From positions 480,001 through 544,000 of the forward strand of contig OZ253462.1 in the NCBI GenBank assembly GCA_965261395.1: a stretch of DNA of 64,000 nucleotides, in the 5' to 3' direction. Below are positions 56,818-64,000 of this stretch, piece by piece. The first letter of the stretch is position 1, and every line of letters begins with the position of its first letter. The translations under genes were made by a program, and so were the position numbers. The notes under the pieces were generated by a model. The model was not told the origin of the DNA. It did no database searches and worked only from the letters and a program-made list of their open reading frames with translations. This DNA comes from Candidatus Latescibacterota bacterium (GTDB lineage: Bacteria > Latescibacterota > UBA2968 > UBA8231).

Positions 56818-59505
56818 TTGGTGATTACAGGGAGATCAGCTTTTTGCCTCGTTTGGGGCGTAATCTGTCTGAGTTTGAGCCCATTTCCCGCCCTAGCTCA
56901 AGAGTACGGAGGCCGTCTCGGCACGGTCCAGAGAGGGGGAGAAGTATCCTTCCATCCCAAGGGCCCAGGGGTGCTCTTCGGTGCCTTGGATCCGGCCCAG
57001 AAGAAATGGTATGTTCCCCAGGAACTCTTCAATGAGTACCGGTGGCGCCAGTGGGAGTACTCCAACTATGCCCGGGAATATTTTCAGAGGTATGTCGATA
57101 TCGTCCAAGAAGGCGATTCTTTCTACGACCTCTACGGCAACTATATCACCCGGGGTTGGGTTATCTTCAATAATTCCCAAACCCAGCCGCAACAGTTTGG
57201 CTCTTCCATCCTCAAAGCCAACAGGTTTAGGAATTGGTTCAACGGCGTCCTCATCTCGGCCGATGCCAAGGGCCAAAACTACTATGCCCTGACCATGGGT
57301 GCCGCCCTCCGCACCACCCTCACCCCCATGACCTTTTCCAAACCTCGCTGGGACGGAATCCAATTCGACTACGCCGCCGACAAGTACCAGGGGACTATAA
57401 TCTACTCTCGCATCAGCCAGCCCGGCGGCACTTCTACCAACGATATTGAGACTCTGGCGACCAATACCACATCCCTCATTGGCGGGCGCTTTACCACCCA
57501 CGTCGGCGATTTTGCTACCGTTGGTCTCACCAGCGTCAATAGTCACCAGGCCAATACCATCATCGATGGATTCGCTGGCAATCCCATCACCGGCGAACTG
57601 ACTCTGGACCAGAACAACACCATTTCTGCCATTGAAATTGTCCTGCGCGATGACTCGCCTGAAGACGGTGTGGGAGGTGCCGCCTTCTTCCCGGCCGGTT
57701 CCGATATTATCATCACCTACCTAGACGGTACAGTGGACCGGGGCAAACAAATTCGCTTTGAGCCCGTTATCGAAGGAGGTTTTGTCCGCGAAGGCTTCCT
57801 CTCAGCCGATGGCACCGAGGAAATCCGCCTGCGTTACGACTTTGACAGCCCGGCCTTTATCAGCCGCGCCAGTGCCTCCAAGGAAGATATCAAAAAGGTG
57901 AAATTCCGTCTGGTTCTGGGCAACGATTACCAGGTGTGGGTGACCTCGGATCGGCAATTGAACCAATCGGACGTTTCGGTTTTGATTCTGCAGGCCCAGG
58001 CCGAGGGCAATGTCCAAGACAATACCAACCTGCAGGTAGTCAGCTTCGAGTATGGCCTGCCCACGGCTACCCAGATCTGGGGCGGCACCCTGGAGTTGAA
58101 TAAGGTTTTGGGCTTCGATTTCTACGGCGAATACGATCTGAGCTATTCCTATACTAAGTACCCCAATGTCAGCATCGACGCCACTGAGAAAGACCACTCC
58201 ACTTGGTCGGGCATCCAAGGAGATCGAGCGGCTCCGGCCTGGATAATCAACCTGTCGCGCGCCGCTTACCCTTGGTTCGTCTTTGCCGAAGCCTACAGCA
58301 TGGACCCGCGCTACAACACGCGGACCTTCACCACCCTCAGTTCCGGCTTTATCGATTATGAGGACAAACGCGCCCATGTACTAGAATTGGTGGAGGACAA
58401 CGACGATCAGGACCAATTCCCCGATACGGTCCGCAAGGACTGGAGATCGGGCGACCAGCAGGTCTATCCGGGTTGGGATGAGAACGGCGACTTTATATCT
58501 GACTTCAACCAAAACGACAACCGCTCGTTGACCAACTCCATTCCCGACTACGATGAGCCTTTTCTGCGCCACAATGTGGATCGTCCCGAGTTTCTCTTTG
58601 GGGTCGATATGAACAACAACGGCTGGATCGATCGCTTTGAAAACGACGAACTGCCCGATTATCCCTACAAGAAGGATCACCGAGGCTACAACATCTATCT
58701 TGGCCTCCATCTGAGCCCAGAGATTCGCGTCACCCTTGGAGCCCTGCGCGAGGCTCTGATTTCCTCAAACCAAAAGAACCAGTCCAGGTACGCTCTCTTC
58801 ACCTTGGACCGCGATACGGCCACATGGGGCCATTGGCGTCTTTTCAATATGCTCAAATCGGTGGAAGACGATATTCCCGACGATTTACTGCAGTGGCTGC
58901 CCAACGCCAATATTCGCACCGGCGAATCCACCAAAATTGAAGATCCTCTCATTGGGCGCGACACCTGGATCAATTCCCTTTGGCTAGGCAATGACTACAA
59001 ACTCAGCGGATTTAAGGTCAGCAACTACCTGAAGTACGATTTCTACCATCAGCGGCTTAGCCAAAATGAGCGTGCTCCTCTGGGTTTACGCGAACGAGAT
59101 TTCTTCTTTGGCTTTATCAACAAAGCCAGTTACCGCTTCGACTTGGGTAGGCTGTGGATCGAACCGCGCTGGAAAAGCGAATTCCGCTACCAGAGCATCG
59201 ATCTAACCTCTACCGATAAACGCCGAGAGCTCACTGAGTTGGGCGGCCTTATTTTGGGATTTCCCCTACTAGCCCATACTGGTGTCCAGGCCGGTCTGGA
59301 GTTTTCCCGCTTCGACGATTTCGAAAACGACATCAACGACTTCAATGGCGTGGTGAGTGCGGTGCAATTTAGCAATGATTCGGCCTACCTAGGCTACCAG
59401 TTGACTACCCAGATGGGCTTGCAGATAGATCGACGCAAAGCCAAAGGGAAGAGCGCGAGCATCATCACCCAAAGTTTCCTCACGGTCTATGCCGGTATAC
59501 AGTAA
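56818..59505 (+). CDS. Secreted / outer-membrane hypothetical protein with Ca-binding-type motifs
   Basis: GGAGG RBS, signal peptide (PALA-Q), DENGDFISD and DMNNNGWID, amphipathic strands at the C-terminus. Confidence 0.75.
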   Translation: MVITGRSAFCLVWGVICLSLSPFPALAQEYGGRLGTVQRGGEVSFHPKGPGVLFGALDPAQKKWYVPQELFNEYRWRQWEYSNYAREYFQRYVDIVQEGDSFYDLYGNYITRGWVIFNNSQTQPQQFGSSILKANRFRNWFNGVLISADAKGQNYYALTMGAALRTTLTPMTFSKPRWDGIQFDYAADKYQGTIIYSRISQPGGTSTNDIETLATNTTSLIGGRFTTHVGDFATVGLTSVNSHQANTIIDGFAGNPITGELTLDQNNTISAIEIVLRDDSPEDGVGGAAFFPAGSDIIITYLDGTVDRGKQIRFEPVIEGGFVREGFLSADGTEEIRLRYDFDSPAFISRASASKEDIKKVKFRLVLGNDYQVWVTSDRQLNQSDVSVLILQAQAEGNVQDNTNLQVVSFEYGLPTATQIWGGTLELNKVLGFDFYGEYDLSYSYTKYPNVSIDATEKDHSTWSGIQGDRAAPAWIINLSRAAYPWFVFAEAYSMDPRYNTRTFTTLSSGFIDYEDKRAHVLELVEDNDDQDQFPDTVRKDWRSGDQQVYPGWDENGDFISDFNQNDNRSLTNSIPDYDEPFLRHNVDRPEFLFGVDMNNNGWIDRFENDELPDYPYKKDHRGYNIYLGLHLSPEIRVTLGALREALISSNQKNQSRYALFTLDRDTATWGHWRLFNMLKSVEDDIPDDLLQWLPNANIRTGESTKIEDPLIGRDTWINSLWLGNDYKLSGFKVSNYLKYDFYHQRLSQNERAPLGLRERDFFFGFINKASYRFDLGRLWIEPRWKSEFRYQSIDLTSTDKRRELTELGGLILGFPLLAHTGVQAGLEFSRFDDFENDINDFNGVVSAVQFSNDSAYLGYQLTTQMGLQIDRRKAKGKSASIITQSFLTVYAGIQ

Positions 59506-59517
59506 TTGCACCCCGGC

Positions 59518-61797
59518 ATGACCGCACCTTTTGCCCCAGGCGGCTGGCATCGCCTGGGGCCTGCTCTTTTGTTGGGCCTGTTGGCGCTAATCCTCCGCCT
59601 TGTCTACTTAGAGCAAATTCGGGAGAGCTTATTCTTTAATATCCCGATCATAGATGCCAAGACCTACGTGGAGGATGGACTTTACCTAAGCAGTCAGTCC
59701 TGGACCGGCCGACCGACGCCCTTCTGGCAGCCGCCGCTGTACCCCTACGCCCTGAGCCTCTTCTTCTGGTTCTTCGGTCAAGACCTCTACTTGCCGCGCC
59801 TATTCCAAGCTCTACTCGGAGCGGGTATATGCGTCTTTATCTACATTCTCGGTCTCCGCGTTTTCTCCTTCCCCGTGGCTTTTGGGGCCGGATTGGCCGC
59901 TGCTTTTTACGGTCCGCTGATCTACTTTGGCGGCGAGTTGCTGCCCACTATTCTGGCCATTTTCCTCAATCTGCTGTTGCTGTTACATCTGAGCCGCCAG
60001 CCCAGCCCCGCTCGCTGGCCCTATCTGGTCTCCGGACTCTTGCTAGGTATATGTGCCTTGGCCGTAGCCAATATTCTTTTGTTCCTTCCCTTCCTGCTTT
60101 TCTGGCTGTGGTCCACTAGTAAAAGAGCACATATTGTCCCCCCTCGCATCCTGCAACAGGGCGTCCTCCTGCTTTTGGGATGTGGCCTTATTATCGCTCC
60201 CGTTGCGCTGCGTAACTATCTAGTTGGCGGCGACCTAGTGCTGATTTCCCATAATGCCGGCATCAATTTCTATATCGGCAATAACCCCGACTACGATCAC
60301 ACGGTCAATATCCGCCCAGGGCAAGACTGGATTGACCTAATTGAAAGCCCCGAAAGAGAAGCAGGTATTGAACGTCCTTCGTCAAAGTCCCGCTTTTTCT
60401 TTGCACGCTCATGGGAGTATATCACTAGTGCTCCCCTAGATTACCTGAAACTTATGGGGCGCAAACTCTATCTTTTTTGGCACGGTGACGAAATCCGGCG
60501 GAACCTCGATCCCTATTTCGCCCGCCGCGATTCGACCTTGCTCCAGGTCTTACTGTGGAAGTTCGGGCTGGCCTTTCCCTTTGGGCTAGTGGGACCTTTC
60601 GCCCTGCTCGGGCTGGCGTTCTTCTGGTGCAGCAAAGAAGGCCGTTCCCCCCAGGGGCGTCTGCTGTTGTTTTTTATTTTCGCCTACATGCTCTCGGTGA
60701 TTCTCTTCTTCGTGACTGCTCGCTATCGTCTACCTGCCGTGCCTATTCTGTTGCTCTTTGCCGCTTTTGGCCTGTACAGACTCTGGCACACATCTCATCT
60801 CCCTTGGGTCCTAGTGGGGGTAGTCGGGGTCATAGCGATGACCAACTTGGGGGCTGGTCGAATGGATATGGCAGGGGACACTCAGCAGCGCTTCTGGATG
60901 GGCTACGCCTACGAGAAAAAGGGCATGGTCGCCAACGCCATGCGGGAATACCACGCCGTGATTGAGGACCGTCCCGATCACCAGAATGCCCTGTTGAGCT
61001 TGGCCAATCTCTACAACGCAAAAGCACAACACGCCGACGCCATAGAACTCTACCATCAATATTTGCGCTTTTATCCTCAGACCGTTCCTACTCGTTTCCT
61101 GCTGGGCAATACCTATCTGGGCACCCAGTTGTATCAGGAGGCCATCGCCGTCTACTCCGATCTAGTTCCGCTGCAACCCCAATGGGCCGCCCTCCACGGC
61201 CGCTTGGGCTACGCCTATCTAATGGCTGGTCAGCCCCAGCGCGCCGTCCAAGCCTATCGCCGAACCCTTGACCTCCGGCCTGATTCGAGTCTAGTGCGCT
61301 ACCAGTTGGCCCGGCTCTACCAAGAGACCGGCGAGACAGATGCAGCCGAAAAAGAGTGTCGCATCCTGCTGGACCAAGAACCGGAAAATCCCCAGTACCA
61401 CACCCTTCTGGCCAATCTTTTGATCAAACGCGAAGGAGTTGAAAAAGGGACAAACCCGCTAAGTCGGTCTCCTCAATTGCTTGGAGCAGAAGACCTTCTG
61501 CTCCAAGCCGTCAGCTTGGATGCCAATTCCGTCCAGACCCGTTGGAGCTTGGGTCTACTCCTGGCTAGGCAGAAGCGCTATAGCGAAGCAATCGAGCACT
61601 TCGAGAAGATCCTGCTATTAAGTCCTACAGACTTTGAGGTACACAGGCACCTAGGCAATCTCTACAAGCGCGCCGGAGACCTCAAAAAGGCCGACGAACA
61701 CTACGGTCTTTATAGTCTTGCCGAACAACAACAAAAAATGCAGCAACAAGCCGAAACCTCGATAAAAGAACAATTGACAAGAATCATAGGGAAATGA
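59518..61797 (+). CDS. GT39/PMT-like membrane glycosyltransferase with C-terminal TPRs
   Basis: IDAKTY, QPPLYPY, LRNY...NAGINFYIGNN, RYRLP, TPR tail. Confidence 0.88.
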   Translation: MTAPFAPGGWHRLGPALLLGLLALILRLVYLEQIRESLFFNIPIIDAKTYVEDGLYLSSQSWTGRPTPFWQPPLYPYALSLFFWFFGQDLYLPRLFQALLGAGICVFIYILGLRVFSFPVAFGAGLAAAFYGPLIYFGGELLPTILAIFLNLLLLLHLSRQPSPARWPYLVSGLLLGICALAVANILLFLPFLLFWLWSTSKRAHIVPPRILQQGVLLLLGCGLIIAPVALRNYLVGGDLVLISHNAGINFYIGNNPDYDHTVNIRPGQDWIDLIESPEREAGIERPSSKSRFFFARSWEYITSAPLDYLKLMGRKLYLFWHGDEIRRNLDPYFARRDSTLLQVLLWKFGLAFPFGLVGPFALLGLAFFWCSKEGRSPQGRLLLFFIFAYMLSVILFFVTARYRLPAVPILLLFAAFGLYRLWHTSHLPWVLVGVVGVIAMTNLGAGRMDMAGDTQQRFWMGYAYEKKGMVANAMREYHAVIEDRPDHQNALLSLANLYNAKAQHADAIELYHQYLRFYPQTVPTRFLLGNTYLGTQLYQEAIAVYSDLVPLQPQWAALHGRLGYAYLMAGQPQRAVQAYRRTLDLRPDSSLVRYQLARLYQETGETDAAEKECRILLDQEPENPQYHTLLANLLIKREGVEKGTNPLSRSPQLLGAEDLLLQAVSLDANSVQTRWSLGLLLARQKRYSEAIEHFEKILLLSPTDFEVHRHLGNLYKRAGDLKKADEHYGLYSLAEQQQKMQQQAETSIKEQLTRIIGK

Positions 61798-61801
61798 CCC
61801 A

Positions 61802-61830
61802 TTGACATTCAAAACTATTTCGCGCATAGT
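61802..61830 (+). promoter_or_regulatory. Sigma-70-type promoter
   Basis: TTGACA-17 nt-CATAGT upstream of the GAGGAG RBS and ATG 61875. Confidence 0.6.
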
Positions 61831-61874
61831 TCAGCACTAGGCCACTCAGTTCCAAATGTCGTTGAGGAGATGCC

Positions 61875-63992
61875 ATGCTCAAGAATACAGTATCCTCGAG
61901 ACAGGTCATTTTAGTTGGGGTTGGTATCCTGTCCCTCTGCCGTTGGGCGGTGGCGCTGGAGACAGTGAGTCTTGGAGGGAACGGCTCGCTCAACTGGCGC
62001 GGTGAAGGTTCGTCCTCGGTGGAGACTATCGAGCCTCAGTACCGATCTCTTTTTCAAGACAAAAATGTGCCGGGTGTGGAACTACTGGTGGGCAACTCGC
62101 CCGGCAACTTGATCGAGTTTGAGAGCGACGAATTTCCTGGTAGTATCCATCCTCTGCGCATTCCAGATGGCGAGAATATCGCCAATACCGCACTTCGACG
62201 CGGGGGTGGTATAACCGCACCCAATGTCTTTGACTTGGGCGGCTTCGCCGCCGGCATTTTTGACGCCAACGACCTACGGCTCACCTTGGAGGAACTCATC
62301 GAAACGAAGGATGGAGGCGAAATAAAAGCGTTCGGACGCAAGAATTACAATGCCTTGGGGACCCTAATATTCGTCGAGTTGGGAGGACTCTTTGGGGTAA
62401 ATCGCGTTCGCTTCTATCCCCGCAATACGGTTTTCCCATCGCCTACCACCCCATTCCACAACGATTTTTTGCGGGCCTTTGAACTGTTCACCAACGACGG
62501 CAGCCAGACCGAAGGAGGCAATCTCATCTGGGAGCCACTGCTCCTAGAACCCGATAACGAGAATCCAGTTGTTGATGTAGTCATGGATCCACCGCGCCCT
62601 GTCAAAGCCCTGCGCTTGCGGGCGACGACCACGGTCAACTACGAAATCGACGAGTTTGAGGTATTCGGTACGGGCTTTTTGTCCAACGCCGAGTATATTT
62701 CACCTATTTTCGATGCGGGCCAACCTGCGGTGTGGAACATACTCCGCTGGCAGGAAGAAGCAATTGGCGATCCTGCCTTTTCCAATATCCAGATTCGCAC
62801 CCGCACAGGTAGGGATACTAACCCACTTGTCTTTACTCGTCTGCTCTACGGCCAGCGCAATCCCACAGAAATTTCGCTCTCGGTAAATAACCCGGAACAG
62901 GAAATGGATTTGGAGGAGTACATGTCCCTGCCGCTCGACGACGAATTGGGGCGCCGATGGGAGCACGGACCGGTTCGGGAAGATCTAGTCAACTGGAGTC
63001 CGTTCAGCACGCCGCTTCCCGCCAGTGCAGCCAACGATTCAGCAGGCTCGCCCATTACCTCACCCGGGCCGCGGCGCTATTTTCAGTTTCGAGTAATTTT
63101 CAACAGCAGTGATCTGGATGCAGGGCGGGTGCTCAAGAACTTGAGTTTTGACGTGCTGGCACCCCCTCTAGCCGATGCTGTCATCGGCGAAATTTTTCCC
63201 CGGGATGTGCCGGTTTCCCAGAGTACGTCCTTCACCTATGCTTTGCGCACCGTGGCTCAGTCCGACGGCCTGCTCGGTTTTGACACAGTGAAGATTTCCA
63301 CAGTCGGCCAAGTAGAAAGCATCGACAGGATAGAAATGAGGGATTCCAGCGGCCAGATCATCGCTGAGCGGGCTTTTTCTGGTCTAGATGATTCGTCTAC
63401 TGAGGAGGGCTTCCAGATCGTCTCGGTATCCCCTGCCAGTTTTTCGGTGCGTCTGCCGCCGGTGCGAGAAGACAATATTGTGGTTCTTCTCCGCTTCCAG
63501 ACCGGAGTTTTGACCTATAGCACAAACTTCACTGGTTCGATCCAGCTCTCCACCGAACCAGGGGCCTCACAGGCCATTATTCCGGGCGATGCAGTTTTGT
63601 TGGGTGAAGGAGACGAGGCCGATTTATCCGGTACCACGGTGCTGAGTCCCTTGGTGCTCGAAAAGACCCAACTGCTCGACCAGGTACTTATCGAGCCCAA
63701 CATCTTTAGCCCCAACGGAGACGGAGCTAATGATGTGATGGGGATGAGCTACAATCTGCTATCCCTGAGTATCGTCCGACCCGTGGCAATTGGGGTGTAC
63801 GATTTAAGCGGACGCCAGATCCAGGTCATCCACGACGGCCCTGAGTCCAATGGACAGTACACGGACAAGACCTGGGACGGCCGCAATGAGCATGGGCAGC
63901 TAGTGCCGGCGGGACTCTATGTCGTGCACATCAAAGTCGAGGGAGACGCCAAGGTCGAGAGAAAGGCCCACCTTGTGGGAGTGGTCTACTAA
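61875..63992 (+). CDS. Secreted protein with FlgD/CHU_C-like C-terminal domain, paralogue of 53608..56667
   Basis: Signal peptide, IRTRTG, WSPFS, ITSPGPRRYFQ, PNIFSPNGDGAND...WDGRNEHGQLVPAGLY. Confidence 0.85.
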   Translation: MLKNTVSSRQVILVGVGILSLCRWAVALETVSLGGNGSLNWRGEGSSSVETIEPQYRSLFQDKNVPGVELLVGNSPGNLIEFESDEFPGSIHPLRIPDGENIANTALRRGGGITAPNVFDLGGFAAGIFDANDLRLTLEELIETKDGGEIKAFGRKNYNALGTLIFVELGGLFGVNRVRFYPRNTVFPSPTTPFHNDFLRAFELFTNDGSQTEGGNLIWEPLLLEPDNENPVVDVVMDPPRPVKALRLRATTTVNYEIDEFEVFGTGFLSNAEYISPIFDAGQPAVWNILRWQEEAIGDPAFSNIQIRTRTGRDTNPLVFTRLLYGQRNPTEISLSVNNPEQEMDLEEYMSLPLDDELGRRWEHGPVREDLVNWSPFSTPLPASAANDSAGSPITSPGPRRYFQFRVIFNSSDLDAGRVLKNLSFDVLAPPLADAVIGEIFPRDVPVSQSTSFTYALRTVAQSDGLLGFDTVKISTVGQVESIDRIEMRDSSGQIIAERAFSGLDDSSTEEGFQIVSVSPASFSVRLPPVREDNIVVLLRFQTGVLTYSTNFTGSIQLSTEPGASQAIIPGDAVLLGEGDEADLSGTTVLSPLVLEKTQLLDQVLIEPNIFSPNGDGANDVMGMSYNLLSLSIVRPVAIGVYDLSGRQIQVIHDGPESNGQYTDKTWDGRNEHGQLVPAGLYVVHIKVEGDAKVERKAHLVGVVY

Positions 63993-64000
63993 TCGATCCG

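Overview
64-kb window of a GC-rich diderm bacterium. The gene mix (three PhyH dioxygenases, NHL/TPR/FG-GAP proteins, several secreted proteins with FlgD/T9SS-like C-termini, an Rpn nuclease) suggests an FCB-group lineage such as Ca. Latescibacterota; this is inference only. The backbone carries pdxS/pdxT, a TonB receptor, a flippase, catabolic enzymes, a BCCT transporter and hicBA/vapBC modules. It is interrupted by two defence-like islands, neither with an integrase. (i) SNF2 helicase-DUF3883 / DUF932 / DUF1156 methylase / DUF499 ATPase at 14.3-24.7 kb. (ii) A ParB-like / nuclease-like / C5-methylase cassette plus a truncated RiPP radical SAM gene, bracketed by a 192-bp duplication of a phyH 3' end and an 11-bp direct repeat (29.1-33.2 kb). 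The right third is a surface-protein locus that includes a split ORF pair forming one probable selenoprotein (UxxC redoxin with SECIS-like hairpin and secretion C-terminal domain) and a candidate structured RNA. Family calls come from motif recognition by eye; no database searches were run. No rRNA, tRNA or CRISPR array was seen.
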